Below, piece after piece: positions 50,801-64,000 of a stretch of DNA of 64,000 nt. How positions within the stretch are numbered: position 1 is the first letter of the stretch; each line of letters opens with the position of its first letter. This DNA is from Pavona decussata (lineage: Eukaryota): assembly GCA_977016875.1 (NCBI GenBank), contig CDRNST010000001.1, positions 806,001 through 870,000 on the forward strand, written 5' to 3'. The translations under genes were made by a program, and so were the position numbers. Under the pieces are notes generated by a model, which worked only from the letters and a program-made list of their open reading frames with translations, searched no databases and was not told the origin of the DNA.

Positions 50801-53800
50801 TTCTACCGTGTACGTACATGCACAGCTGCACCACTGATTTTCAGTACAATAGTACAATTTTCAAAATTCATCCTCTCGAAGAGACATTATTAATAATAGC
50901 GATCAGAACTTGGCTAAGTTTTACTTTCAGCACTTTTTGAGCAGGGTTTGCTGGGTTGGTGGGGGGAGGGAGAGAGAATCCTATATTATTGGCTACAAGA
51001 GGAAAATGCTGGCCTTGTAGGGCATAAATGTAGCTTTTCAGTCTAACTGTTTTTGCCTGGACACTGTCACAGACATGATCCTTTAACTATATAAGGACAC
51101 AGGTCAGGAAATATTCATGTATCTTTTTTCTCAGTCAACCCCCCCCCCCCTCCCCCCACTGCAATGTCATTATGAACAACACTTCTTCTTTTCAACTCAC
51201 ATCACAAAAACCATAGGGGAATTGACATCTTTTTTGTCACCAATGGGTTCTGAATCAGGTGTTTGACAGCCTGGGCAGCACAACCCTGTTACAACTAAGA
51301 TAAAAACCTCCCACAAGTCAAGAATGAAGCTATTAAAATTGTTTTCAATACACTTTACACGTATATGCCTGCACTGGAAAAAAAACTGTTCATTGCAGGC
51401 ATATAGTCAAAACAATTTTAATACCTTCAACCTTGTACTCAAACGTTTGCATTACACAGTCAACTATACTTTTTGGCTCTCCCAAAGAGCTGTGCGCTCA
51501 GTTTGAAAATGTCCTGGGTACAATGCACCAATAGACATTCCTTGGCCATTGTACATAGAGGGCCATACATGTATGTAGAGATGAAACTGTACTGTCCAAT
51601 TACCAGGATTCCTCAACATTCTACATTGATCCTTACCTAGAGTTTGCAATAGGATGCTCTCATTTTCAACTAAGTCTTGAGCTTGTTGCAAGTATTCCTA
51701 AAGACAGAAGTACAGCTGAATGAATACTACGACAACATTTTGTCCCATACAACCACGATAAGGTACCCATATTACACATATACAGCATGTCTTTGATATT
51801 TTGGTTTCACTGAGGTCTGCATTATTCTACATGTACTGCATAGCAAAAAAAAATACCCTTACCAGGCTCAGATCCAGGAGAAATGTGACCTTTTTCCAAT
51901 AACAGAAGCACTGAAGGCACAAAGTTCTAGGGTGGTCTGAGGGCGCGCTCCTCTCTTTTAAGTGTCATCCCCGGGTTTCAAAACTGGCTGGGGACTTTCT
52001 TTTATTATAAAACTATTTTTCTCTATTGCAAAAAGTCTGACCGTTTTCCATAAAAAAGGGGAAACAGGTCTGGATCTGCGCCTGCTAAGAACTGCAGTTT
52101 AGAGGAAGAGTTTAAATGAATTTTGGTTTTACTGGAACCAAGTCAAGTCTGTAGAACAGAGTTGTCCATGTTATACTGCTGTGTGTATTCAACTGTACAG
52201 GGATAGAGTTTGTAATAAATGTAATTGTGAATTTTGGTTCTACTGTAGTCTGCAACCAAGCAAACTATCTGCTAAAAAAGGCGCCCATACAACATGACTG
52301 TCCGCAACACAGAGGAACAATGTACATTTTATTTGAGTTTCAGTTTTGCAGGAACCATGTCAACTGTGTTTAGCCAGGAGATGTCTGTATCAAAGATGTA
52401 AAGTTAACCCTTAAGCCTTAACAGTGATCAGCATCAAATTTCTCCTTGTAATATCAATACTTCTTCAACCCCTGAGGTCATAACAATAAAGATATGATCA
52501 CCCAAGGTAAATTTTCTTGATATTTTAATAACTTCTCCCCTGTACTTTTTAAGAAAAGTATGGGAGAATTTGTTCTTTGATATTAGGGGTTAAAGGGTTA
52601 ACAGTACATACATGTGCAGTTGGGCCTTTAAGATATACAAGGTTCAACTGCAAACACACCCACAAAAATGTGACCCTCCATGGTAAAACGGGGAAAAAGG
52701 TGAATGAACGGGCACATCAAATTGACACACTAAAAAAAAAGTGAGTGAAATGACACGCCGGCTTCTGAGCCATGAGTTAGAGTGCACATGGCTAATTTAA
52801 ATCTTTGTTTTGTTCATATCGCACGATAAAACAAAGGTGCATGTTCAATCGAACAATGTATAAAAGAAAAAAATGTTTAAACTGAATCATACCTCACTCT
52901 TAAGATCCAGGGGTGGGCCATCTCTGTGTAGACATGCATGTGATACTTTGAGGACGTGCTCTAATTTACGTGGCTGCTCTTCAGTTTTAGCAGCAAGAAA
53001 CAAGCAACATGGAGCCAGAGCCTGTAGGTGAAAAATAATTTTTATAACAACAATAACCAATTGAATGTGATAGGGTGTTTTATTCAGTTCATTTGCATTA
53101 CAACTACAAGAAAAGAGAAATGTTTACAAACAGTTGAATTTGATTTGAAGCGAAGTCTGGAGATGGTACACGTGTATGTATGGAAAGGGGATGTCCGGCA
53201 ACAAATCACGTTTAAGCACACAACGGTAGAATTGGTTGTTCTTAAATTTGATCAGAAATCCTTGCCTCTACTGGCACATAAACCATTTCAAATCCAGCTT
53301 TCTCAAAATAGGGCCATTTATACAGGAGAAAATAAGATGCATCTTATCTAAGATGGGACTTAAATAGGACAAGAAGTGTAGCATTTATACTTTCGTGTCT
53401 TACACATAGTGTAAGATGCAAAGATCACACATACAGTATTGCTTGAAGGTAAGTTGACAGTCTCAACTTGATGCTCGTGAGAATCGGGTATCGAGGATCA
53501 AGTCGAGCATCAAGACTTGATTCACTCAAAACTCAAATCGAGGCTGGCAGGACTGAACAACACCATTGCTTTTCATACAAGTATGTGATTCAAGTTTCCA
53601 TTAACTTTCCGCATGGTACTGAAGAAGCTATTCATGGTTCGCAACTTATTTTTGATACAGTCCTGTAATTACATGTAATATTACCATAAGCAACACTTTG
53701 CAACAATCCAAAAAACCACGTTGTGAATATGATAAAAGTTGAATGAAGTGTTGTTCATGTCAATCTGGGAAACGATATCATAACATAAAGTACGTGACTG

Positions 53801-54374
53801 ATTGTATCAATGTACTGTACGACCAAAATACGTTAAGATAATCGCTGTTGGGTGCAGAAAAACCTTCAAAAAATAACAATAATACAATATTACATGAGCA
53901 TGCCCAATTTAATCTTATTCAATAGTAAGATTCCACTAAAACTCACGTTTCGATGGAACTTGCTGAATGAGTGAAACATGTAAAACCGATGCATATAAAC
54001 TATGGCCGTGTTAATTGTCAACTGGTTTCTGTTAAAACTTGTTAAGGAACGCAAACATTTTACACAAGAGGAAACGAAGCTTTAAGCACAAGCGTGTGGA
54101 TAAATCTCGATGAAATTTGGCCGGCTTAACCGCATTCTTCACATAGCAATTATGCAACGTTTAAACGAAAGACGAGGAATGGCACACGATTAACAAGTTT
54201 TTGCAAAGGATACACTGAAAGCCGTTGCCCCATGTCTTGAATAAGCGTCGCGGCTTGCTGCCTGTAGCTTTGCTCTTTCTCTGGGTCGACTCCATTCTTT
54301 CTGGATGGCGTATTTTGCAATTGTTCTTTCGTGAAGTAAAATCGGTCTGTCGTACTCACAGCACTGGTCGCCAT
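44843..54374 (-). CDS. CCNT1: Cyclin T (P-TEFb regulatory subunit), complete, 10 coding exons, 664 aa predicted
   Basis: Exons: 54374-54214, 54028-53947, 53021-52893, 51697-51637, 50449-50387, 49438-49393, 48255-48165, 47287-47215, 47059-46977, 46048-44843; phases are all compatible (1995 nt). Translation includes [15 protein letters not shown]...[89 protein letters not shown] and [18 protein letters not shown], then a Ser/His-rich and Pro-rich tail. The symbol is the family name; T1 vs T2 cannot be assigned for an invertebrate gene. Confidence 0.93.
47750..48030 (+). mobile_element. Degenerate tRNA-derived SINE in a cyclin T intron
   Basis: tgtagtggctagtgc head; gttgtttccttagacaagaaa...acccaggtgtacaaatg...tactgctgggggtaaccct..gatggact body typical of CORE/V-type SINEs (from recall). 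Confidence 0.55.
52408..52597. mobile_element. piggyBac-type MITE
   Basis: TTAA-cccttaagcct...aggggttaaaggg-TTAA; a related degenerate copy lies near 5435-5635. Confidence 0.7.
54029..54213 (-). other. U12-type (minor spliceosome) GT-AG intron 1 of cyclin T
   Basis: 5' splice site GTATCCTTT; branch site TTCCTTAAC at 54049-54041, ~12 nt from the 3' AG; no polypyrimidine tract. Confidence 0.9.
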
Positions 54375-54496
54375 CTTGAAATCAACAGGAAATAAACTGC
54401 GCACGCGTCGTCTTACCCGTCCCACCCGTCCCAGCCTACGCTCGACTTTCAGTCATGCGCAGTGAGCATCAAGCATCAAAATGAGAAAAATAAAAC
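54375..54496. promoter_or_regulatory. Bidirectional promoter/5' UTR region between cyclin T and UBR3
   Basis: Only 122 bp separate the divergent ATGs. NRF1-like TGCGCACGCG and CATGCGCA motifs are present, and YY1-like AAGATGGCG / AACATGGCG overlap both starts. Confidence 0.7.
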
Positions 54497-57400
54497 ATGG
54501 CGGATAGTAGCTCAGTAAGGGCTAAACAAACTACAGCCGCAAATTTCAAGGCTCATTGCCACACGGAGAAGGGAAAGCGTGAGATACGAGGTTTTTTAGA
54601 CACCGCTCTTAGCCTTCAACATTCTTTTGACGCGGAAAGACAAGAATGGTGCTTGTGGTTAATTGCCGGAGGAAGACCTCCAGAGGAATTTAGAAATGTC
54701 CTGCGCTCGTACGACACTCCAACGATATGCGGTCTGGTGTGGAATAAGAACTTTGTGGCGTATCGTTGTAGAGATTGCGGCATCTCTCCTTGTATGTCAT
54801 TATGTGCAGACTGTTTTCACGCTGGAAATCATGAAGGCCATGATTTTAATATGTTTAAAAGTCAAGCAGGCGGTGCTTGTGATTGCGGAGACGAAGATGT
54901 GATGAAGAGAGAGGGGTGCGTACCAGCTGTTTTTAAAACATGTTTCTTCCTATCACAGTAGATTTAACCCCTCTACTCTAAATAGCGCTAAAGCACATAT
55001 TTGATATATTTCCTAAAATTTCAGATCGTAAAAAATGAAAGCGAACAAATTCGCAGGAACGCGTATACGTATTTCTTAAAATAGATGTGATTTGAATCAC
55101 AGCATCGCACTTTATATATTATAATTTAATCCGCGGTCCCAAAAAGTTATTCAGATGAGATTTCTTAAGGATTGGTTGGGGAAAGGGCGTTTTAAAATAG
55201 CTCCTTAATTTGTTTTTGCTGTAACTTAGACTGACCCCAACTTTTGGAATTAACCTTTCCGGAGTGTTGTTAATTAATTAGGTAAACGTTCTATAAGTGT
55301 TTCGTACGTGTGCAGTATTTTGCTTTTGTTTACATTTATTTGCATAATACTTGATTCGGCTTTATGATCGCTTTGGGTGGAAACGGGATTAACTTTGAAA
55401 ATAATTGTTAGTGAAATCTGTCCTGATTATTTCTCATATGGAAGCATTTGTTAAATTTTCATCCCCCAAAAAACAGGATCCATATTGATTTACATTAAAA
55501 TCATCTTTCAAGTGAAGTGTAGGCTCCATTTCCAGCCGTTTTGGGACCCCGCGTTCCTTGCCACATGCCACGTTGGGAGGAGGATGATACCGGACTCCCA
55601 AAATGGCTGGAAATCGAGCCTAAGTGAAATGCTAATTTTCATTTTGTAATGCTCCTTCATGTAAATTGATCAATGTCAAGCTGTAGGGGAGGGAGGGGGG
55701 AGTTGGGGGGGGGGAGGGGGGTTGGAGTCAGGTTGGGGATTTGACAGTATTGACAGCAGCAATAGACCATTTCACAGTAGCATCATTTGACTACAATTAC
55801 CAGAATTTGTTTCCTTTTCCTATTCAAATGCAAACTTGGCATAAATAATGGTAGCTCTAATTAATTAGCACGAGAAAACAAAAAACTGAAGTATTCTGGT
55901 AGTTATAGTGAAATAATACCACAACAAAAATGTCCCAGTACATTCCCACAAATTATGGGGATTTTGATCATTTTAGTGGACTTTAGATCAAATTCTCAAT
56001 GATGTTTAGTGATTTTTTGCCTATCCACAAAATAATTAGTAAATAAACCCTTCAGGCGGCAGGTATGTCGGCTTATAATGTCCGCGGCTGAGAGATTGTC
56101 CGAAAAATGAATATTTGGCCGAGAAGCGAAGCTTCGAGGGCAAATGTGAAATTTTGAGGACAATCTCTCAGCCAAGGACATTATCAGCCAACATACCAGC
56201 AAGCCAGAAAGGGGTTTATTTATTCTATAACCCTCCCATTAATATTATTTTTATATCGCACGAAAACAGCTCGTAAAAATGCCAGTGCTGATCTGATGGT
56301 GGATGCGTGCAATTGACAAAAACAAGTACATTTGATTGGTTTACAGGAACTTTATTTTCACTTTGATTGGACCAAACCTTGACAAACTGACTCAGCTTGC
56401 GTAGGACTAAATCTGAAAGACAAAGACATCGGCAGCATGTTTTGTTGACATTTTTGTACTTTCTGGAACAGCATTTGCGACCAGCTTTTTGCTATAAACT
56501 ACAAAACGAGTTTGTTTTTCTTCCATGTAAAATAGTAAAGATGAAAAGGTGAAACTCTTGAGCTGGCTTTTTCCGCTGGCTTTGTTTCTTTTCAATGGAA
56601 ATAATAGGAGGGCAAATATCGACACAGAAGGGGGTTATTGCGTGATAACCGTCCTGTGAATTTGCACCACGTGACGTAAAGTAGCCAATAAAATCGCGCA
56701 AAAATTGATGGGTGGGTTATAATGGTCTGTAGCTAGTATGGCATAATTTTGAATAGAAATCTTAATGACCTGTACATGTAGGTTAAGATGTCTCATATAT
56801 AGCCCCCCTCCCCCCTCCCTTTGCAGCTTAGCATTAACAGTAGCCTAGGTGTACAATTATTGTCAGAAGCTCAACTGAAGCTCTCTCCCTAATTTTTCCT
56901 AAGGGGAGGGGGCGGCTGTACACAGGCTATTTGCAGGTTAAAGGATAAGCTGCCAAAGTGTAAGCTGTCAAACAGAATAAGAAATGTAAGAAGGGATGCC
57001 AACCATCCTCTGAAGTTATGGAGTAAAGGATGTATAGCATGGCTGTGCCATTTGAGTCTGTCAGTGAAATCTTTAAGTGTGATTGTTCCAATATCTTAAC
57101 TTCAAGTCTTAAATTGGGCTGCCTATCCTTCTTTCCCCTGTTTCTACAATGTACATGTATGATTGGCAGCCATTGTAACTAAGCCAGATTTTGGCCAAAT
57201 TCAAATCTCCCCTCCCCCATCCCAAATAAAAACAACAACAACAACATAAACAAATAAACAAACAAGAAAAGAACAAAAAGCATTGATAGTGACATTTTCC
57301 AGCACCCAATTATTCATGTTTTGTGCAGAATATGATGCATGCTTTTCAAAGCCTCAGACCAAGACATTAATCATTTTGTAAGCCATTTATGTTCTGTGAC

Positions 57401-60400
57401 CAGAGCTCTTGGTATTGTAGAAATCAGGTTGGTTTACCAATGTTTGAGTGGCCAATGGAAAAAGAATGTCTGATGTACACTGAACATGCATTATATACCT
57501 GCCAACTTTTTCTGACTCAAATGCGTGAGATTTTTGTCTTGTCATGACCGGGATTTCGGGAAACATCCGAGCTACTTCCGAAGATTTCCAACGATCTTCA
57601 GAAGACTTGCTAATGTTACCGAAAACGTCTGAAGATATTCCGACGACTTTTGAACACTTACGATTCAAATGAATTGTAGACATTTGAAAGCTTTTGTGAT
57701 TGTTATAAATAGCAAAGAAATAATACATAGCAAATATGAAATGAAATGGAGTTTTCTTTAGAACAACTCATCTGAAATTGTGAGTCAGGCGTGAGAAATT
57801 GTCCTCGATGCGTGAGATCAATGTCTTTAGTCTGCAGGCGTGAGACTCACGCATTATGCGTGAGAGTTGGCAGGTATAGTATTGAATAATACAGTGGGAC
57901 CTCGATTATTTCAACCCTCAATTTTTCAAAACTCCTTCAAAACTAAAAGTAAGTTGTTTCCCTTGCATTTACTTCAGTCAGATTTGCACCTCTGATTGTT
58001 GGAACTCCCAATTTTTTTAAACAAATTCAGTTTCCCTGGGAGGTTCGAAAAATCGGTGTTCCACTGTACGTGTATGTACAAAATCTTGTGTGTACCCCTT
58101 TGAACCTTAACCCAAGGTTCATTCACATTATTTTACACAGTACTGTTATAATAAACTTGAACTGTCCTTACAGGTTTTGTCATCGTCATGGAACAAAGGA
58201 TACAGCTGTCCCCAGTACCCCTCCTACTGAACTTTTGGCCATGGCTCAAATTGTTGTTCCAAGGTTGTGTTTGAGACTGCACCAACAGTTAAAAGGAATG
58301 GATCCCTATACAATAGGTATGTTGAGCAGTTAAATGATTATCTTGTACTTCAGTGGATGGCAACATTCATTAACCTTCATGTACCTTGTATTGGTACTAG
58401 CTCCCACGCACCATCACTCTTAATAATTATTAGTAGAGTAATATGTTAAAGATCACCAATGCCGAAAGAGAGAAGGAAACATAGTCATATAGACATTCTT
58501 GTGATCTTACCTGTTTACCTTTCTTTGTCTGGTCTAACATTTGCCTTATTATAAATACATGCATTGCGAATAATGTATTATTCGATCAGTAATGAGGCAG
58601 GCAAGCTCGGAAAAAGAAATTTTCCTATCAGGAGTCAAACCTAAGGCCCTCCGATTACTAGTTCGGATGCTCTACCACTGAGCTACAGGAGACTCGTGAG
58701 AGCTAAGGCCATTAAACTGGGTTCATGGGACAAACATCCTGCTTACTGCTAGGATTGGAATGTAAACGAATGGCATATGCGCAATGGAAGGAAATGTGAT
58801 GTAATATTTTAAGCCTGGTGAACAAAATAATGAGAATGATGTATTATTCAGTAATGACACAGGCATACTCGGAAAAACAAATTCCAAGTGCTCCTATCTG
58901 TATTATAGGAAATGAAATAAATACTGCATGAAGGAATTTATTTTTTCAAAAAGTATGTGAATGTCAAAAATTCACATTACCATAATTTACATATGTAAGT
59001 TGCATCTATTTATTTGTTTGTTTAGTTTTTGCGCATTTATTTTCACCACCTTAATAAAGTGGAGTATTTCTTTCCACAACATAAATCTCTATTACAGTAG
59101 TTTCCAATTGAGTGCCAAAAGTAGTTTTGCTTTTGCTTCCAATATCCTATCTTTCCTATCTCTGTGATTTTTTTTGCAAAATTTGCTTCACTTTCTCACC
59201 CAATGAGAAGCAAAACCAAAACCTATTCTGACTTGTTCGTACAAGTTTCCTGGGCCAAGCACTAGTTACATGTTTTTGCTTTGAATTCTGATTGGTTGAT
59301 TGGGCTCTTTACGTCTCTTGTGATTGGCCAGAACAATTAATGTACTTTGGTTTTGGTTTTAGAACACTCAGTTGAAAACCACTCTATTCATACGGAAAAT
59401 ACCATATACTGTTTGATACATAGAGTTGTAACTCAAAACTTAATTAAATATCATCTCTCTTTGCTTACCATTATTTCAACCTTTGAACACATCCTTGGTC
59501 TTAATTTTGGTACAGTGCACAGTAAGGTGCTGTTAGGAATAACAATCATTTGACCTTTAAACACTTCACTCGGGGGTTTCATCAAGTTTTGAAGTAGGGG
59601 GGCACCTATAGGAGAATAGGTGGACAGAAAATTACACTTGAAGTGAATTTCTTTATGTTCAGTTTGAAAGTAGGCATGTACTGACTCTCGTGTATCCTGG
59701 TACTGGTACCTGGGTCCCGCCTTCTAATGAGAACCCTGCTTCACTGTACTTATCTCCTTTGTTTTTTTCTTAGATCCTGTATCTGATGACATGAGTGATG
59801 CAGAGGTTCTTGTGAATTTTCTTGTACAGTTATGTGACACTAACACCATGAAAACCATAGTTGCCCAGTCACTGATGACAAAAATCAAAGACATAGAAAG
59901 GAATTTTAAGGAAAGGAAACAATCCTCCACAGCATCTTCTTCATTTCACAGCTTAGTGCAATCATCTGTAGACAGAATGGATAGCTCAAGTTCTTTTTCA
60001 AGTGTATTGTCGTCAGACAGTATGGATGAACTTGTTAACAGGACATTCTTGGATTTTTTGATGGACTTTGTGACGCAGTTTGAGTTTCCACAGAAAATTG
60101 TGACATTTCTTCTTCACCTTTTACCAAATACAGAATACAAGGTACTGCATTTATATCTTTGAATTCAATATTAATATACATAGTAAAAATAATGTTCAAA
60201 ACTCAAGTGGAACCACGAGCTATGGACAAGTGGTTTTATTGCCATTTTGAACATCTTCTTATGATGCCAATATTTTTATGTTCTGTAAGAGTATAGACCA
60301 TACAAAACTACCATTGATTTGTTTTTTACAATAACATGGAAAAAGTACAAGCGGAATTGGCTTTGTTTTCTGTTGAGGAAGAGTGTGTGTTATAATTACA

Positions 60401-60431
60401 TCTGACATCATTTTTATTGTCTGTGCTCTTA

Positions 60432-60494
<63 letters not shown>

Positions 60495-63400
60495 CGTAAC
60501 TTAAGCCATACTGAGTTGAGCAGTGGTGTCATGTTTGCATAACATTACATCATCTACAGCATATACATATAAATCTATCTATAGCTTCTGTATCAGCAGC
60601 AGAAATTTTGACAGTTATTGTAAAATGTAGTTTAGATTGACAGATAATATCAGTGGTGGGGAGGGGAGGAGAGGGGCCCAGCTGCCAATAAATTTTCGGG
60701 GACAATTTCATAATAGGGACCTTACGAATACACGACAGCAACGGCAACGACAACGCCACAAAACAAAAGGCTTAATGAGCAAAAACAATCGCTCTGCATG
60801 TGTGTTTTATGTTGTGGTACATTTCTCTGCTGTCCTCTGCAAAAAAAACAACATGAAATGACCAAATTCGAGGTTTGTGGGGAACATGAACACGAGACGG
60901 TGGATTTTTCATTCTCTTCCTTATTTTGAATGCCACTCTCACCAATTTGGTTCCTGGCTAGTTTGACGTTTATGTAGAAATAGAACGAGTTAAAACAATC
61001 GCGAAGTAGCACAAATGAAATAAAGTTATTAATATTTTTAAGCGACATTTTTGTTGGCATTGCCGTCTTGCATTCGTAAGGTCCCTAATCTTGGATTAAG
61101 GAAAACTGAATCAAATTTCAAACAAGAAACAAATTTTAACCACATGGTTAGTGATTTTCAACTCAACATATATCAAGTTGAATGTGTGTCAAAGTGGCTA
61201 CATGTACATAAAGTACATTGAAGTCTTCCTTTGCTATATATACATTGTTGTTCAAAATTTTGTCGGTTAAAAATATTTCAAACCAGTTTGATTACTATTT
61301 CCCTTTGTCTCAGATTATAGTAATGAATACTGCACAAAAGAAAATAAAAACTTTTAAAAACTGGTTTGAACAAATTTTAAACCACAACATGTACAGCTAT
61401 TTCAATTAACGTTGCCAGTTTTTCAAGCCTTGAACTTAGACAGTGGGATCAAAAAGGCAGTATAAGTATGTGTATTATGTAAAGGACGATGCCTACTTTT
61501 GTTACTGTGCATACGTTCTGCGCATCTCGAGATACTCAGGTTCCCATGGGTGATGCCTACTAATACAGGGAAATTTTTGCGTGGTTTAAAACTATGCAGG
61601 GAAAACAGAACTTAGCAAGTGTCTTGGTATCCAACAGAAAATTTGGGGTAACCATATATTTGTCAGAGATAATAAAGCTTCAATAAGGAAAAAAAAAAAC
61701 GCCATACATTGCTTTGTATTTTACTATTTTTTTGAATTATTGTTGCTTAATTATCTATGAAAAATGTGTGGTTACCCCCAATTTTCTTTTTGGATTCCAA
61801 TAGCCCTTGCTAAAGTCTGCTTTTCCCAAAAAGTCATAAACCATGCAAAAATACTTCTGTATTAGTAGACACCATCCTTAATATAATCAAATCACAGTAA
61901 TCCTGCTTGTGCCCTATAGACATTGAACCACCTCTCTTGTTATCAACAGGAGGCATTCACCAGAGTGTTCTGTCAAAATTATCAGAAGATAGCCAAAGCA
62001 CTGGTATTAAACAGTGACTCCCAAAGCGTGGAACAGCTGTCAAACCGTGTGGTGCACGTCAGTGTTCAGTTGTTTAGTAACAAAATTCTGGCAGAGAAAG
62101 TTGTACGTGATCAGAATCTTCTCCATATCATGGTGAAAGTCTTACATGACATGGCGAGGCCATCACTTCAGAATTTCAGGAGGGGAGGTATGTCATTGTA
62201 AACGCAACCCTTGTAGATGGGGTTGTAATGTTCTATATTATATGGAGTTCAAGTAAATATCTACACTGTACAGTATGCACCTCCCCTCCATCTATGAAGA
62301 TAAATTGGAATTTCCAGGGCTCTTTCCAGAAAAACAAATCCCTTCAATAAGGGATCCAGAGGTACATGTATGGATATAGACCTTTGAATTCTAGTACATG
62401 GGTTTCACTACGAATACACGATTTGACGTCAACATTTTAGCGACTGAAGTACTTAGAAGGAATTTGTGTATCCCAGGAAGCTTCGAAATGAGTTAAAAAA
62501 AACTTGGCTGTGCCTTGTTTTTCAACCCATTTAACTCGATGTTAGGAAATTTACAGATGAAACAAAGAACCGATTGTTGTCATCCCAATTGTATGCATGT
62601 TGTTGTATCTAGAAGTCAAAACCGCAGTGAAAAAAAGGTTGTATGTTCACGTTGTTTACAGACGTAGGCTCAAGCCATGATGTGGTGGACTGCCGGAACA
62701 GAGCCCTAGTCAACCACTGTTACTGGCCAGTAGTAAGCGACTTCATTAATGTCCTGTCACACAAGACAATTGCTGAGATGTTCATGAAGAACCCTGACCT
62801 CATTAAGCAGTGGATGAAGTTCATTGGACATTTGACTGGTGAGTTTCATGGCAGAGATTTTTTGCTCTAAACTGGCCATAAGCAACTGCAGATGGGACAT
62901 GATACACCTGTATGTAAATCAATTGATGCTTTCACCTGACCAGAGGGCAACCAGGTTTCTGTAAGACAAAGCAATTTTGAAATTCTTATTAGTAGTTGCT
63001 CCTCCTACATGGGATGGTCCAATCTTGTACCCAGAGTCCTCTGCCTTTTTGGTCAACGGGTGGTCGCCAGTAGAGACTCTGGAGAACTCGAAAAAATTTA
63101 AATTTTTTGATTGGCTGCTCCATAACAGTTTGCATTGTTTTACCGCAGAAATCCTGCGGTAATAAAATTCCAGTTCCCCAGAGTCTTTCCTGGCGACAAG
63201 CCGCTGGCCAAAGAGCCTGAGGACTCTGGGTACGAGATTGGGGATGGTCCAACGTAGGATTACCCCAGCATTTGGCTCCAGACAAGAACATCATTGATGT
63301 CAGGTAAAGCTCTTGTGTTTAGGAGAACAAGACCACAGTGTAGTGACCAACCCAACCTTGAAATACTAGTCCTCTGATCAGTCTTCTGATCAAAAAATCT

Positions 63401-63669
63401 ATTTGAAATGCTAATCAAGATCGGTACTGAGGCCTCTTGGGCTTAATTCACATCGAAAAATGGCTTGTGTCACCATTGTGCTCAAAGTCTGAAGCTCATC
63501 TCTTGGTGTTAATTTCACGTGGTTTTAAATTCCAGGAATGAACTTAAACGTCCGCAAACTGTTAAGACACATTGAGTATGAGCCAAATACTTATTACACT
63601 GCATTTTCTGTGGAGCTGGAAGCTGCATCCTCACCGCTGTGGAGCTTCATTAATGCGTGTATAGCACTG
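54497..63669 (+). CDS. UBR3: E3 ubiquitin ligase UBR3, first six exons (continues beyond window)
   Basis: Exons 54497-54915, 58174-58316, 59774-60141, 61950-62187, 62662-62838, 63536-63669; GT-AG, phases compatible. UBR box [30 protein letters not shown]...[21 protein letters not shown]...GFCHRH; also [41 protein letters not shown] and GMNLNVR...HIEYE, which match UBR3. Confidence 0.92.
55520..55622. mobile_element. Short TIR element with 9-bp TSD
   Basis: taggctccatttccagccgttttggga...tcccaaaatggctggaaatcgagccta flanked by agtgaagtg / agtgaaatg. Confidence 0.75.
57494..57878. mobile_element. MITE
   Basis: tatacctgccaact...agttggcaggtata TIRs; internal gcgtgaga repeats. Confidence 0.65.
58576..58898 (-). 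repeat. tRNA-derived repeat unit flanked by ~55-bp direct repeats
   Basis: Minus strand cctgtagctcagtggtagagcatccgaactagtaatcggagggccttaggtttgactcct (~58630-58690); tattattc..cagtaatga..caggca..ctcggaaaaa occurs at ~58577 and ~58842. Confidence 0.55.
60434..60490. repeat. (TA)n microsatellite
   Basis: Uninterrupted TA run of ~28 units. Confidence 0.95.
60714..61087. mobile_element. MITE
   Basis: tagggaccttacgaat ... attcgtaaggtcccta 16-bp inverted repeat. Confidence 0.75.
63020..63240. mobile_element. Short TIR element with 9-bp TSD
   Basis: caatcttgtacccagagtcc...ggactctgggtacgagattg flanked by gggatggtc on both sides. Confidence 0.8.
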
Positions 63670-64000
63670 GTATGTTTGTTACATTTACATGTACATTACT
63701 TTGTTGAAAATTTTCAAAGTGCACTCATTGGGAAACATCCCAAAAATATTGAGATGTCTCTTGCCAGATATTACATCAGACAAAAAAGGGAGAGATTGAA
63801 CAAGCTACCAGGCATTTTCAATGTGCAGTAGTCTCCATTAAATTCCTCACTGGTCATACATAGCCAAAGATACCCTCATATGAGCACATACACTGCACTG
63901 TAACTATATATTCTGTAAATTATAAAAACTGCAACAATTAGGTTTCAGTTGATGCAATTAAGGAGGCTCGAGGCCGTTTTTTTGGACTAAGGGTGGAAGT

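Noticed and set aside
58623-58692. Functional tRNA-Thr(AGT)
   Set aside because: The T-loop is GTTTGAC, the stems are imperfect, and it sits in a repeat unit.

Overview
This is AT-rich eukaryotic DNA with spliceosomal introns. The repeat families and gene content suggest an anthozoan, probably a stony coral (inference). Left to right: (1) the last exon of an EGF + fibrinogen-like gene, carrying an in-frame stop; (2) a ~20 kb composite mobile element (9637-29722) bounded by 25-bp imperfect terminal inverted repeats and a TAA/TAA duplication. It contains a decayed Helentron/Helitron2-type polyprotein (2A-like peptide, OTU protease, Zn finger, HUH Rep, PIF1 helicase, AP/EEP endonuclease) and an intact RPA-like OB-fold ORF, and has itself been hit by a 5.9 kb TTAA (Kolobok-like) element, an ISL2EU-like derivative and MITEs; (3) a 16+1-finger C2H2 zinc-finger ORF; (4) a complete 10-exon cyclin T gene (minus strand) with a U12 minor intron and a probable GC-AG intron; (5) the first six exons of UBR3, head-to-head with cyclin T across 122 bp. 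Many MITEs, SINEs and a LINE fragment are interspersed. The best candidate for novelty is the rolling-circle machinery plus 2A peptide sitting inside cut-and-paste-type ends with no recognisable DDE transposase. All calls were made by eye; no searches were run.
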